Source: Bacteroidales bacterium
GTDB lineage: Bacteria > Bacteroidota > Bacteroidia > Bacteroidales > GCA-2748055
Reading direction: 5' to 3'
Length of the DNA: 64,000 nucleotides
NCBI GenBank assembly: GCA_023138875.1
Contig: JAGLOO010000003.1
Coordinates: 1,498 to 65,497, forward strand
Made by a program: the position numbers and the translations under genes. The notes below the pieces were generated by a model. That model made no database searches. It was not told the DNA's origin and saw nothing but the letters and a program-made list of their open reading frames with translations. Below are positions 1 through 11,500 of this stretch, in pieces (within the stretch, counting starts at the first letter, position 1; each line of letters starts with the position of its first letter).

Positions 1-321
1 TTCTGAAGCTACAATGGTGACATCCACAGATGCGTCGGCTGTACCGCCTTTACCAGTTACGGTTAGCTTGGCCGTATAGGTTCCTGATTGATCATAGATG
101 TGGACCGGATTTTGTTCCGTGCTCACCGTGCCATCACCAAATTCCCACCCGTAGGTGTCGGTATTCGTAGCTGTTGCAGTAAACGCTACCTGATAGCCAT
201 CTACGCTGGAAAAGATTTGGACTGTTGGTGCGGGAACCGGATCTTCACCGCATGAGAACATGGCAAGAGCCAGTACAGCTATAGCTGTAAACCTGATCAT
301 AGATAATGTTGTTTTCTTCAT
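1..321 (-). CDS. PKD-domain lipoprotein, N-terminal part (gene continues beyond window start)
   Basis: Not in the ORF track because it runs off the edge. Reverse-strand ATG at 319-321, frame open to base 1. Translation MKKTTLSMIRFTAIAVLALAMFSCGEDP... gives a signal peptide plus lipobox Cys. It is followed by WEFGDGTVSTEQNPVHIYDQSGTYTAKLTV, a PKD-domain signature. Confidence 0.6.
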   Translation of the reverse strand, partial: MKKTTLSMIRFTAIAVLALAMFSCGEDPVPAPTVQIFSSVDGYQVAFTATATNTDTYGWEFGDGTVSTEQNPVHIYDQSGTYTAKLTVTGKGGTADASVDVTIVASE

Positions 322-464
322 AATGTATATGATTTAATGGTTAGTTGAATTGTTTTTCCATATTGCGTAACAATTTAGTACATTTTTATCTATCAGAACT
401 TCTCTTTTTTTAACTCTTTTACCTCTTATTATAACCCTTTACCTTGCGGATGGGACCACAGCAT

Positions 465-1436
465 TTAAAGATATTGCTTAAAAAAAGCATCCATATAATG
501 CTGGCAGTATTCATTGACCCTCTTAGAAACATCCATGGTGTGCGGCCATCCTTTTAGTTTATGGTATTCATTGGGAACACCTGCCTGATCCAGCCATTTG
601 TGTAACGAATCAGATTGACTGACCGGAACAGTTGAGTCTATGGTACCATGAAAAATTAGTGTAGGTGGATCGTCAGAAGATATATAAGCACCTGGTGAAG
701 CGGTCAGATACAGTCCGGGATTTTCCTGATATGATTCACCAAGGAATTCTAACACAGAGCTCTGCTCCTGGGCATATTCTGTTGATAAATCAGCGGGTCC
801 GTACAGGTTAACAACGACCTGGACTTTGCCGCCCGGACCATCAGTGCAATCTTCCCCAAACTCCTTTTCATCAGAATAGGCCAGCATCATGGCCAGATGA
901 CCTCCTGCAGATCCGCCGATTACTGCAATCTTTTCCGGATTGATCATATATTGATCCGCATGGGCCCGTATCCAGCGAACAGCACATTTTACATCCATCA
1001 CTGCTGCTGGAAATGGGGCTTCCTGCGAAAGCCTGTACGAAATAGTGGCAGTAACATATCCTTTTTTTGCATAATCGAGCAGATAGGGCAGATAGTCAGA
1101 TCTTTCCCCTTTTGCCCAGGCGCCTCCGTGAATAAAAATGAGTACCGGGGCTGCTTTATTCAGATTCTTTAGCTTATATATGTCCAGCTTGAGTGAGGCG
1201 CTGTCCACCTGTTTATAAACAATGGCTTTATCTATTTCGATATTCTCAGGAACTGCAGGTTCTGTCTCTATCAGATCAATACGGCGGATGGCATAAGCCG
1301 CTTTCAGAAAGGTCTCATTCCAATAACCACGTGGAGCTTTCAGCGATTGCTCATCATCATGCACTTCCTGTGAGTATGCCTGAAGCAGAGCAAAAAACAG
1401 AAACACAATTAAGATAAATGCTTTCTTTGTCATCAT
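465..1436 (-). CDS. alpha/beta-hydrolase esterase/lipase (carbohydrate-esterase-like), secreted
   Basis: 323-aa ORF with a signal peptide. HGGAW oxyanion-hole motif and GGSAGG nucleophile elbow. The start overlaps the upstream stop (ATGA at 1433-1436). Confidence 0.75.
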   Translation of the reverse strand: MMTKKAFILIVFLFFALLQAYSQEVHDDEQSLKAPRGYWNETFLKAAYAIRRIDLIETEPAVPENIEIDKAIVYKQVDSASLKLDIYKLKNLNKAAPVLIFIHGGAWAKGERSDYLPYLLDYAKKGYVTATISYRLSQEAPFPAAVMDVKCAVRWIRAHADQYMINPEKIAVIGGSAGGHLAMMLAYSDEKEFGEDCTDGPGGKVQVVVNLYGPADLSTEYAQEQSSVLEFLGESYQENPGLYLTASPGAYISSDDPPTLIFHGTIDSTVPVSQSDSLHKWLDQAGVPNEYHKLKGWPHTMDVSKRVNEYCQHYMDAFFKQYL

Positions 1437-2992
1437 CTCAAATTGCGATAATAGAGTTCTTTCGACTCAATGGTCATTCCCGGGTTGTGACATTGAATGG
1501 CGAAGAATCCTTTCTTATAGTCCTCATCTTCATAGGTCATGACGAGTTGATCATTGACCCATATCTGAATCAGGCTGCCCACGGCCTTTACCCGCATGGA
1601 AAACCATTCATCATCTTTGGTCAGTAATTCACTGGCTTTCCCGGTTGGTGTTCCCGGCTTCCAGAGCCAGCCCGTATGGGCATCCTGGTTGTGACAGATC
1701 TGTGCTTCATAACCGTTGGGGTATCCATCAGGGTTATCTTCCGGGGGATTGGCCCGAAAATATAGTCCGCTGTTTCTGCCGCCACCCTGATCACTCAGCC
1801 GGAACATGCCTTTAACCTCCAGGTCGGTTAGTTCAGGTGCAGCATATATATGACCTGTTCCGTCATCGGATTGCCCGGTCATTATTCCATCTTTTACACT
1901 CCAGTTTGCGTTGCCCCTGACTGTCCAGCCATCAAGGTTTTCTCCGTTGAAAAGGGAGATCCATTCAGATTTTTCGGAACAGCTCTCCTTCTGATCCGAA
2001 AATCTATTCATTATTTCAATCCAGTTTGTAAAAATAATTTCTTCCTCCTCAAAAAAGTTGATCAGATCCGGATCAGAAAACATTTTTGCCTCCCATACCC
2101 GTTGCTGCCATGAATTTGTGATGGTTTTCAATTCTTCACTCTCCACTGATGGATGAAAAATAATTTCTGTAAGTCCGGCTGGCAGTGATTTGATCAGCAT
2201 CTTAAAATTCTCAATCTTTTCCTCGTAACTCCGGCCGTTCGGTGCACTGGTAAAGTTGTCAAGTTTAGGTAACGTGTAGCGGTCTATTATTCCAATAATA
2301 TGATCGTCTATCGGATAACCTGCTTCTTTGAATTTGTTGGCAACCATTGGATCTGAGAGATCAATGGCATTGGCAGGAATACCATACTCTTCAGCCACCT
2401 TAAAGAACCTCTCCACATATGCCGGATGTCCATACAGGGTTCCCATATGCGTATCGATATGATTTGGTTTGTATCCCATGGCTATTGCCTTATCAATCTG
2501 CGCCCTGATCTCCGTTTCCACCTCATCTGCAGAAGCGTGCATGATCACATCGGGGACTTCATGCCACAGCATACCTTCAGGATCTATTAAGCCGGGGACT
2601 TCAGCCGGATCCGAAACGGGTCCCCAGCGATAAGTTTTCCATTCGCTGGTGTGTGTAAGGTGCATGCCCACATCAGCATCAGGATGATCAATGGCCCATT
2701 GGATAAATTCATCAGCATTGGGACAGGGGGCCATGATAGCGGCTGACTGTATCTGGTTATTTTCAAGATAATGAGCGGTGGCAATATTGGCCCCTTCACT
2801 CATGCCGGCATCATCGGCATGAAGTATAATGACTCTTTTTCCTGCCGGATATCCCAGTTTTTCCGCCCAGGTGATTTTCATGTCAGTTTGCTTTTTTTTC
2901 TCCTGCCCGTCAACGCTAGCAGTGAAAATCAGGCTCATCAGGAAGATTGATAATAGACTGAATACGGAGATTGTTTTTACTGATTTTTTCAT
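1433..2992 (-). CDS. fusion protein: YdjC/ChbG-type carbohydrate deacetylase + DUF1080 (3-keto-disaccharide-hydrolase-like) domain
   Basis: 519-aa ORF. The N-terminal half has the ChbG pattern (ILHADDAGMS ... VGMHLTH ... IDTHMG). The C-terminal ~190 aa has the DUF1080 pattern (WISLFNGENLDGW ... WSVKDGIMTG ... LYFR). Confidence 0.7.
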   Translation of the reverse strand: MKKSVKTISVFSLLSIFLMSLIFTASVDGQEKKKQTDMKITWAEKLGYPAGKRVIILHADDAGMSEGANIATAHYLENNQIQSAAIMAPCPNADEFIQWAIDHPDADVGMHLTHTSEWKTYRWGPVSDPAEVPGLIDPEGMLWHEVPDVIMHASADEVETEIRAQIDKAIAMGYKPNHIDTHMGTLYGHPAYVERFFKVAEEYGIPANAIDLSDPMVANKFKEAGYPIDDHIIGIIDRYTLPKLDNFTSAPNGRSYEEKIENFKMLIKSLPAGLTEIIFHPSVESEELKTITNSWQQRVWEAKMFSDPDLINFFEEEEIIFTNWIEIMNRFSDQKESCSEKSEWISLFNGENLDGWTVRGNANWSVKDGIMTGQSDDGTGHIYAAPELTDLEVKGMFRLSDQGGGRNSGLYFRANPPEDNPDGYPNGYEAQICHNQDAHTGWLWKPGTPTGKASELLTKDDEWFSMRVKAVGSLIQIWVNDQLVMTYEDEDYKKGFFAIQCHNPGMTIESKELYYRNLR

Positions 2993-2998
2993 AATGCA

Positions 2999-4780
2999 TT
3001 ATTTAATGATGGTATATTCTCCAATGGAATAATCATCGGTTTTGATAATCAATTTACTTTGTTCCACATCAAAATGATAATCCACCGAATCGGAAAACAA
3101 CTGATTGTCCAGCTGTACTTTTTGTGGATGCGATGACAAGTGCAGATGCAGGATATGTGGTTGCTTCAATCCATGAAAAACAATTTTTATGGACCCTTCG
3201 GTTTCTTCAACAGTTATTGAGGTGCTATTTCCACTGTATGGGTGGTGGATCGTGAAAGTATCGTTTCCATCCGGATATACCCGTACAGTCAGATATCCTC
3301 TGGAGTTTTCATCACCGATCCGGGTATATGGTCTTTCAATATGCATCGGTATAATCGCACCCTCTCTGATATAGACAGGATATTCTTCAAGGGGAAATTC
3401 CCTCTCGAAAGTAACAGGCCCTGCAATGATTTCTTTATCATCAAACCAGTATCTCCAATTCCCTTCAGGCAGACGAACATTGTTTTTCGCCTCGTCCATG
3501 TAAATGGGTGCAATCAACAGATTCTCTCCGAACATATAGTGATACTTTCCTTTTATGGGGCGTTGCAACACTTCACCCCCATGGTGTGCCTCTACAACAG
3601 AGCTATACATATAGGGAACCAGCTCGGTATGCAGCCAGGAGTATTCACGTATGATTTCCAGCTCCTGCTCACTTCTTTTCCACAAGGCCCGCTCTCCGTG
3701 TCCACCGTTTAAAAACAGTCCGCAGAAAGCAGAAAATTGGGTCCAGCGAATATAGAGGCGGGGTGGGATCGTACCCCCGGAAAACCCGGCAATATCAGAT
3801 CCTATTATATTGTAGCCGGTTTTTGCACTCTTTAATATACTCTCTATAGCAGATTCAAATCCCTCTACTCCTTTCAGAGCAATATCCATTTTTTGATCTT
3901 CTGTACCATCAGAATGGCTGTCCGCTTTCCAGTGGTGTTCCTGGTCTCCAACCCAGTTGACCGGAGATGCATCGACAGGTGAAAATCCCTCGGGATGAAA
4001 ATTCCGGTCCATAGAGCGGGAGAGGGTTATAAATTCAGAATTTTGTTCCTGTCCGAACAGATATTCCTGCCGGTAATACAGATCCATATAATTTCGTGTT
4101 GTTGTCAATCCGCTGAATGATCTCATATATGGAATCGGAACAGGACCTATTTTGCTGGAAAATAGCGTAGCTGAACCATCCAGCTTCCATCCGTCGATAC
4201 CATAATCGAAAACTTCCTGCTGGAGTCCGTGCCACCATTTCAGGGCTTCCGGATTGGTATAATCGATAAATCCTCCTTTACCTTTCCACCAATTTATCTG
4301 GTGACCTTTTCCAGCAAGAAAGTTATTGTCACGTGCCGTGTTGTACCACGACTCAGATTTTTTGATTTCTGTGTCCTTATTGGAGCTGTTCACCATCGGT
4401 GTCATCCAGAGTACAACACGATATCCTTTGTCCTGTAGTTTGTTGAACCAGGCTTCCGGTTCGGGATAAAGATTTTCATCCACTTTAAAATCATTATATC
4501 GCAAACTCCATGGGCTGTCTAAAAGGATGGTTCGAACGGGGATATCATGTTCGGCATACCCCTCAAGCAACTCATCAACACGTTGGGCTGTATTGACATC
4601 ATCTTCCCATAGCCAGCATTCCAATGCCCAGACAGGTGTAAGAGGTGGGTTGCCGTGACGCTGCCCGTTAAAAGGTTGTCCCCTGAAAGGAAGCGCAAAG
4701 AAAAAATAATATACCAGCAATAGGAGACTCAGCGTGATCCACACAGCCTTCCATATCTTGCGGTTTTTTGTTCTGGTCAT
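2999..4780 (-). CDS. glycoside hydrolase family 31-like (alpha-glucosidase/xylosidase type), membrane-anchored
   Basis: 593-aa ORF with an N-terminal TM helix. GH31-like motifs WLWEDD and GIDGWKLDGS (nucleophile region), with a TIM-barrel plus C-terminal beta-sandwich length. Confidence 0.65.
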   Translation of the reverse strand: MTRTKNRKIWKAVWITLSLLLLVYYFFFALPFRGQPFNGQRHGNPPLTPVWALECWLWEDDVNTAQRVDELLEGYAEHDIPVRTILLDSPWSLRYNDFKVDENLYPEPEAWFNKLQDKGYRVVLWMTPMVNSSNKDTEIKKSESWYNTARDNNFLAGKGHQINWWKGKGGFIDYTNPEALKWWHGLQQEVFDYGIDGWKLDGSATLFSSKIGPVPIPYMRSFSGLTTTRNYMDLYYRQEYLFGQEQNSEFITLSRSMDRNFHPEGFSPVDASPVNWVGDQEHHWKADSHSDGTEDQKMDIALKGVEGFESAIESILKSAKTGYNIIGSDIAGFSGGTIPPRLYIRWTQFSAFCGLFLNGGHGERALWKRSEQELEIIREYSWLHTELVPYMYSSVVEAHHGGEVLQRPIKGKYHYMFGENLLIAPIYMDEAKNNVRLPEGNWRYWFDDKEIIAGPVTFEREFPLEEYPVYIREGAIIPMHIERPYTRIGDENSRGYLTVRVYPDGNDTFTIHHPYSGNSTSITVEETEGSIKIVFHGLKQPHILHLHLSSHPQKVQLDNQLFSDSVDYHFDVEQSKLIIKTDDYSIGEYTIIK

Positions 4781-4813
4781 ACCAATAGACTATATATCCT
4801 TTGCATATTACAT

Positions 4814-5704
4814 CTATAAATGTGCATTGAACCAATGAATCCCATCCGGGTAAACTTTATCAATGGGTAAATCATGATGTTTGGATGGATACCAGATGAT
4901 CTCTTTAGGTTTATGTGCCTTTTTAAAAAGCAGCTTGCTGGTAATAGGTGGAACAACATCATCATTTTCTGCATTGATCATAAGCAGCGGTCTGGGAGCG
5001 ATCTTTGCCACATAGTTAACAGGATCTATAATGCTTAAATAATCTTTTGTGTTACCTGAAAGTGCATCTTTCCCGAACATAAGATTCAGGTTTCCCCCGG
5101 CAAGCACAATTACCGGAACTTCTATTCTCTCTTCGACACTGCAAAATATGGTACCGATGATTCCTCCAAGACTTATTCCGTAGTACCCTATTCGCTCATG
5201 ATCGAGTTCTTCACGTGTATAGATAAAATCAACTGCCCGCCTGAGATCAAAAACAGTCTGTGTGATAATGTCTCTGGTCCAATACCTGTACCCATCGGTC
5301 AGGTCAAAATCATAATCATATTTTAAACGGTCACCATGATTGCTGATATCCAGCCTTAGTACGGCATAGCCGGCTTCAAGCAGGTATTTATTGCCAACCT
5401 CAATATAGTCAACTGTTTTCCTGTCACCGAGACCGTGCATTAATATAACAGTAGGAAAAGGCGCCTTTCCATTTCCGGGGAGTGTTAATAAACCCGTTAC
5501 TTTTTTATCATGGACACTCCGGTATGTCAGGTAGAATAATCTGTAATCTGTGCTGTCTGTTACCAGACGAACAGAATCCAGAAGTGGCAGCTCCCGGTCG
5601 TATTCATAATACTTGGCCACCGGCAATTTCTTTTCACTGCCACAGGAAATTAGCATGATAAACAAGGTCGTGAAGGAGGCCAGTTTTTTAAAGAAGTTCA
5701 TCAT
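4814..5704 (-). CDS. alpha/beta hydrolase lipoprotein (dienelactone-hydrolase / acetyl-esterase-like)
   Basis: ORF 4814-5758. I prefer the internal start MMNFFKKLASFTTLFIMLISCGS (signal peptide + lipobox). Motifs HGLGDRK and the GISLGG nucleophile elbow. Confidence 0.65.
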   Translation of the reverse strand: MMNFFKKLASFTTLFIMLISCGSEKKLPVAKYYEYDRELPLLDSVRLVTDSTDYRLFYLTYRSVHDKKVTGLLTLPGNGKAPFPTVILMHGLGDRKTVDYIEVGNKYLLEAGYAVLRLDISNHGDRLKYDYDFDLTDGYRYWTRDIITQTVFDLRRAVDFIYTREELDHERIGYYGISLGGIIGTIFCSVEERIEVPVIVLAGGNLNLMFGKDALSGNTKDYLSIIDPVNYVAKIAPRPLLMINAENDDVVPPITSKLLFKKAHKPKEIIWYPSKHHDLPIDKVYPDGIHWFNAHL

Positions 5705-7049
5705 TATCGACAACAAACATTCGTGTGCTTTTGGTATATTTTCTGCCATAGAGGTCACAATATTTAAGGTCTATATAAAAAGCCCGGAAGCCTGTTTCCG
5801 GATAGTTAACCGTAGTATTGACAGTTGAATTATCCAGGGCATCAAGATCGGTTGAGCTCCACTCTTCGTCTCTGAAATCCCTGTCTTGAGAATCGGCAGA
5901 CCATAGATAGGCTGCTTTGATTGCATTTGCGGAACCCTCAACATTTAGCGTGACTCCTGTTCCGGTTTCTGAAACTTCCCAGGAACATTCAGCGTAGGGT
6001 ATGTGAGCAAAAGTATTGCTAAAGAATGCATTCAAAGCTCTTCTTGCCTGCTGTCCGCCGTTCAGGTCGTGACCTGCATTGGCCACGTAATGGATGAAAT
6101 TTTCACCCTTGAGATCGTTAAAATAATTCTTGATGGCATCTACCGGCCAATAGGGATCGTTGGTTCCTATAAATATCAGTTTTGGCATGTCAAGTTTGTC
6201 TCTATAGGAGTATGGATCTATCATTGTTGTGATTGCATCTCCCTGCTGAGAATGCACAGTCTGGGGAATGCCCAGATCAACATAATCCTCTATTTGAGTG
6301 CTGTAGTCTCCCCAAACTTCTATCTGGTAATCCAGATTTATGGGCATATTGAGTACATCTATTACCGCAGGAGCTATGGCTTTTACCCGGGAGTCGCTTG
6401 CACCGGTTAACCATGTGGTCCATCCACGCTTAGAGGCCCCGGAAACAAGGAAACCTGTAATTTCATGATCTGCTGTTTCTTTAGAGAATTCCTGAACAGC
6501 GTCCATGGCGCGTACCGCACTTTTCACCATGGGGAAAAGCAGAGGCCAGGAATAATCTCCATCTTTTATAAAATTATGTAAAGTATAGGAAATCAGAGCA
6601 TCTTCATAAAGATCATCATATAATGGCTGGTTAGGTGTTTGTTTTAAGATGGCAACTATAGCTTGGTTACTTTCAGCTGCTATTCCAAAAGTCCAGATTT
6701 CTTCATCAGTTTGGGAGGTCCAGTTTGGGAGGCCCTCTCGTAAACTGCCTCCAGTAATCCAAAGTAAGGCTCCACTATACTCGATTTTAGGAGGGATTAA
6801 TACTGTTAATTGATGTTTCCAGGTATATTCACGCCACTGCTGCGACGTAAGAAGCAGATCATAGGCTTTTACTTCAAGGATATCATATGAGTTTTGAATC
6901 TCCCAATGGTATGTGGTATCCGCATTATTTAAATAGGTGCTCAGGGCATTCTCCGGGGTGGTAATACCTGGTTCAGGATCTTCATTTGTTCTACAACTAT
7001 TAAACAGGCATCCTGCTAAGAGTACTATTATAACTCTGGTAAAAAACAT
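5688..7049 (-). CDS. PhoPQ-activated pathogenicity-related (PqaA-type) alpha/beta-hydrolase family lipoprotein
   Basis: ORF 5688-7082. The start MFFTRVIIVLLAGCLFNSC at 7049 avoids overlap with the upstream gene. The GASKRGWTTW motif and overall pattern resemble the PhoPQ_related family as I recall it. Confidence 0.5.
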   Translation of the reverse strand: MFFTRVIIVLLAGCLFNSCRTNEDPEPGITTPENALSTYLNNADTTYHWEIQNSYDILEVKAYDLLLTSQQWREYTWKHQLTVLIPPKIEYSGALLWITGGSLREGLPNWTSQTDEEIWTFGIAAESNQAIVAILKQTPNQPLYDDLYEDALISYTLHNFIKDGDYSWPLLFPMVKSAVRAMDAVQEFSKETADHEITGFLVSGASKRGWTTWLTGASDSRVKAIAPAVIDVLNMPINLDYQIEVWGDYSTQIEDYVDLGIPQTVHSQQGDAITTMIDPYSYRDKLDMPKLIFIGTNDPYWPVDAIKNYFNDLKGENFIHYVANAGHDLNGGQQARRALNAFFSNTFAHIPYAECSWEVSETGTGVTLNVEGSANAIKAAYLWSADSQDRDFRDEEWSSTDLDALDNSTVNTTVNYPETGFRAFYIDLKYCDLYGRKYTKSTRMFVVDNDELL

Positions 7050-7053
7050 ACAA

Positions 7054-8316
7054 CTAGTCTCCTGGATTTGGACTTTGATCAATTAATTTTAAAACCTCCC
7101 GGATGTAGATTTCGCCTGTCATCTCTCCGAGGCTGGTCCGGCTGATATACTCATATCGTTTGAAACTATTAAAATCTACACTGGTCATAATATAACCGAA
7201 TGCATCATTGGTAAGCCCGAAGAGAAACGGGTGGTCAGTGGGCATATGGCGCTTGAGATAGAATCCGATATTGGGCAGGGCTTCGCCGGGAATGGTTATT
7301 ACCTGTGCCGTTCCAATGTTCAGGAGGTTTATGCGGGTAGTGATCCTGTTATTCTCCGAAGTTCCTAAACCAAGAGGTGAATTGTTCAGGATATATCGCA
7401 TCATTTCAGAATCCACAGGGAGATCAATGGTTCTGGATGTACAGTAGAGTTCCGGGTTTTCCTGTACCTCCGCTTTTTCAATGATTCGAAGCGCTTCATC
7501 TGCCATCAATTCGCCTATCCTGATGCACTCTGCCCAATCATTGGCCTCCTCTCCGTGTGCACGCCGGTTGTCGGCTGTAACCATCCCCCCCTGGGCGCTA
7601 TTCATAAAAAGGGCGATTCCACCGGCTTTCTGTTCAATGCGATTGTACATGGGGCCACATAGATCTGGGCTGAGTATCCCGCGGTTTGAACCGATAATCT
7701 CCGGATGGGTGGCGTAATTTACCAGTGTAACAATGGGCTTGCCTTTATTCTGACCACTGGTGGCTATGGCCTGTATTACGCCGCAGCGTGGATCATATAG
7801 TTCAGGCGCATAATAATTATATGCGATCTTACCTCTGGCTTCACCCACAGCAGTTTTCAAGGCAGCAGGTTCCAGATCTCTTACAGCTTCATTGACCGCA
7901 TCGGCAATCTGCTTTACACACCATTCCAGGTATTCAAGATCAGCTCCTACAAGCCCGTTTTCATCCGGGAAACCGTAGGCGTCAGGAGCGCTGTGTGTAT
8001 GTGTGGCACCAATAATTATATTTTCAGGTGGGATGCCTTTTATCAATTCTCTGGATCTATCCCCCAGAACGGCCGGCCAGCCTAAATTATCGATGCTAAC
8101 GATTGCAATGCGGTCTGCTCCTTTTTCAAAAACCAGGGTGCGTACATACAGATCACCTCTTTTCTCCGTAACAGGAGTGGGTTTGCCAACTCCCCCTGAA
8201 ACCGGTAACAGAGGGTCCGGTGTAATTACCCGTACTGCAGCCCCGGCTTTAAAAGCCTGGCTGTGGGCCGGGGCCAGGGAGAGGAAGAAAGCGCATAAAA
8301 AAAGTAGGGTTCTCAT
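7054..8316 (-). CDS. neutral/alkaline ceramidase-like (N-terminal domain family) secreted protein
   Basis: 420-aa ORF with a signal peptide. FKAGAAVRVITP ... LYVRTLVFE ... IVSIDNLG ... GATHTHSAPD follows the neutral-ceramidase N-domain pattern. Paralog at 48845-50146. Confidence 0.6.
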   Translation of the reverse strand: MRTLLFLCAFFLSLAPAHSQAFKAGAAVRVITPDPLLPVSGGVGKPTPVTEKRGDLYVRTLVFEKGADRIAIVSIDNLGWPAVLGDRSRELIKGIPPENIIIGATHTHSAPDAYGFPDENGLVGADLEYLEWCVKQIADAVNEAVRDLEPAALKTAVGEARGKIAYNYYAPELYDPRCGVIQAIATSGQNKGKPIVTLVNYATHPEIIGSNRGILSPDLCGPMYNRIEQKAGGIALFMNSAQGGMVTADNRRAHGEEANDWAECIRIGELMADEALRIIEKAEVQENPELYCTSRTIDLPVDSEMMRYILNNSPLGLGTSENNRITTRINLLNIGTAQVITIPGEALPNIGFYLKRHMPTDHPFLFGLTNDAFGYIMTSVDFNSFKRYEYISRTSLGEMTGEIYIREVLKLIDQSPNPGD

Positions 8317-8539
8317 TAATGGTATTTTAACTAATTTAGATAGAATATTAACCTTTTATTGGTGAAAAACTGTCTAACCCGGCTCATTTGGTTAAAAAAC
8401 TATTCCAAAGATAGGAAATTTCCAGGATAATTTGTTACTTGCATTGACTGCCATTGCTATTATGAATAACATATCCTGCAAAACTAATTGTAACGTGCAA
8501 ACCAATTTATCCCAATGTACCAAACCTAACCTACCAATC

Positions 8540-11500
8540 ATGAGATTTAACCTTCTACTAACAAAGTTAACAAAGCGCTTGTTGGCCACTCTTGTCATTG
8601 CTATCACATTTACCCTAACTGTATTGCAAGCACAGCAACCCTTTACAATCACAGGAAAAGTTACCTCTTCCGTGGATGGACTCGGTCTTCCCGGGGTAAC
8701 CGTTCTGGTCAAGGATACTCAAATGGGCACAGTAACAGATCTCGATGGCAATTATCATATTGAAGTGCCGGGGAGTGATGTCATACTGGTATTTTCTTTT
8801 ATTGGATTTGAAACCCAGGAAGTTCCCGTTGGGAGTAAAACGATTATTCATGTGGAGCTCCTTGAGAGTGCTCTGGCACTGGAAGAGGTTGTTGTAACGG
8901 CCCTGGGCATCACCCGCGAAGAGAAATCACTTGGTTTTTCTGTGGGGAAAGTTATCGGTGAGGAGATGACCAGGGTAGCGCAGGAAAATGTTATTAATTC
9001 CCTGGCCGGTAAAATCGCCGGTGTTACAATTAATTCCACAGGGGGTACCGGGTCATCCGTAAGTATGATAATCAGGGGGGCTTCCTCATTGAGCAGTGAT
9101 AATCAACCTCTTTTTGTGATAGATGGGGTTCCGGTGATTAACACATTGAACAACATAACCCAATTCGGAAAAGATAACAGGGTGGATTATGGAAATGCTA
9201 TCTCTGATATAAACCCTGATGATATAGAAAGTGTATCTGTATTAAAAGGGCCGAGTGCCGCTGCTCTTTATGGGTCAAGAGCCGGGAATGGCGTTGTACT
9301 TATAACCACAAAGTCAGGAAAAAGATCTAAAGGTGTTACTGTAAATATCACTTCCAATACAGTTTTTGACCGGCCTTACAAATATTTTGAAACTCAAAAA
9401 CACTTTGCATCAGGCTATTTTTCATTTACACCCGAAAATTATCCCGGCTCCATAATGACAGTTGATCCGGCGCAAGGTGCAGGTGCAGGAATTGAATGTG
9501 ATAAGGGATATTTTGCTATTCAATGGCAAAGCCCGGAGGATGCCAATGGCAATAAAGTTCCAATCGAGCTGGTATCCTATCCCGATAATATGGCCAACTT
9601 TGTTCAGACAGGTATTACTACAACGAATGGGACTTCTGTTTCCAGCAATACCGAAATCATGAACTATCGTTTAGGGTTTACCAATATGAGCAGCAGGGGA
9701 ATTGTTCCTAATTCCGATCTTTTCAGGAATAGCTTGTCATTTGCCAGTTCGGTTAAAGCCCACGAAAAGCTTACCATAAGTACAAATTTTAATATTAACA
9801 GGTCATGGTCGAATAACCGGCCCTCCAGTAACAGGGGAACCAACCCCCTTGAGTGGGCATTGAAGGTACCTTTGAATATCAATATCCTGGACCTGGAAGA
9901 TTATTGGGAACCCGGACAGGAGGGAATTCAGCAAAGGACTCCTAAAAACGGGCTTTATAATAATCCATACTTCCTGGCTAATGAGGTTAATAATAGTTTT
10001 GTAAGAGACAGGGTATTTGGCAACTTGAAAGCAGAATGGCAGATCACTTCTGAGATCAGTCTGATGGGTCGCTATTCCCTTGACAGGTACAACGAAAAAC
10101 GGGAAACCAAAATGGCACCCAGTTATACAAAAGAACCAAATAACGGGGCATATGGAATCATTGATATTGCCAACTTTGAAAGTAATGCAGATTTTCTTGC
10201 CACGTACCATAAGAAGCTTGATAAATTCGACTTCTCTGTTTCTGCCGGGGGGAATTCATCCTACAGGAAAGGCTCTTCACTAAGTAGTTCCTCAAAACCA
10301 AGTACAGGCTTAATTGTTCCGGAAGTTTACTCTGTAAGTAATATCAAATCGGGCTCATTAAACTATGGAAGCAGTTGGTACCAGAGGGCGATTTACAGCC
10401 TGTATGGTATGGCCAATCTCTCGTACAACAGTATGATTTATCTTGATCTGACATACAGGAATGATTGGTCCAGCACCCTTCCACCGGAGGAATGGTCATA
10501 CGATTATCCCTCGGCTTCATTAAGTGTGCTGGTCAATGAAATGGTAGACCTGGGCTCCTGGGTAGACCTTATAAAATTGAGAGGTGGCTGGGCAGTGGTT
10601 GGTAATGATGCTCCTCCATATGCGCTTTTCCCAACCTACGGAAATGCAGGGCAGTGGGGTGATGCTACCAGGCTTAGTAAGTCAGGTACTATATTAACAC
10701 CCAACCTGAAGCCCGAAGAGGCCGCTTCCCTTGAATTTGGTGCTGATATCCGGATACTGAATGACAGGCTGCGCATTGATGGAACTTATTATAAGGTGAA
10801 CAACCACAACCAGATCATCCCAAATATTCCCATCGCAAGCTCTTCCGGGTACAACAGTGTTACTATCAACGCTGGTTTGGTTGAGAGCCAAGGATGGGAA
10901 TTCCTGGTCATGGGGACTCCAATCAGAACCAACAATCTATTATGGGATATCGGGGTAAATGTTTCCCGAAACCGGACCACCCTGACTGAGATTGCGGATG
11001 ATATTGAATTTATAACATTCTGGAGGGATGTCAAGGGAGGAGCCAAGACCTATCTAGGAGATGAAATTGGTGATATTTACGATGCTACTCTTTTGGTTGT
11101 TGAAGATAAAGACTCTCCCTATTACGGTTATCCGATCGTTGGTGGAGAAAATTTAAGGTGGCAGGATAAGCCAAGCGAAGCCTTTATGACGAAAATTGGG
11201 AACTATAATCCTGATTTTTTGCTTGGCCTGCAGTCAACACTTTCCTATAAGGGGTTTAGTCTGAACATGACCTTTGACTGGAGAAATGGAGGCCAATTCG
11301 TTTCTCAAACCCACAGGTATATGTCAGAGGATAAGATGGGTGGGCATTGGCTGGATCAAATGATCCACCCCGGAGGCAGGACAGGAAAAGAACTTCGTGA
11401 CTGGCTGGTGGAGAATGAAGATAAGTATATATTAAATGGTTTTCATGTAATAGGCGGTCCAACCGTTGAATATGGAGGATTCCCGGAAAGTTATAGTGGT

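Noticed and set aside
8414-8423. Perfect 10-bp palindrome GGAAATTTCC upstream of susC as an operator.
   Set aside because: A single 10-bp palindrome in a ~220-bp AT-rich intergenic region is not unlikely by chance. There is no second copy and no adjacent regulator gene.
8392-8712. ORF 8392-8712 (minus) and the 5' extension of the SusC ORF (8432-8539).
   Set aside because: They overlap the susC leader and signal-peptide region. The ATG at 8540 gives a proper signal peptide. The extension encodes no sensible sequence.
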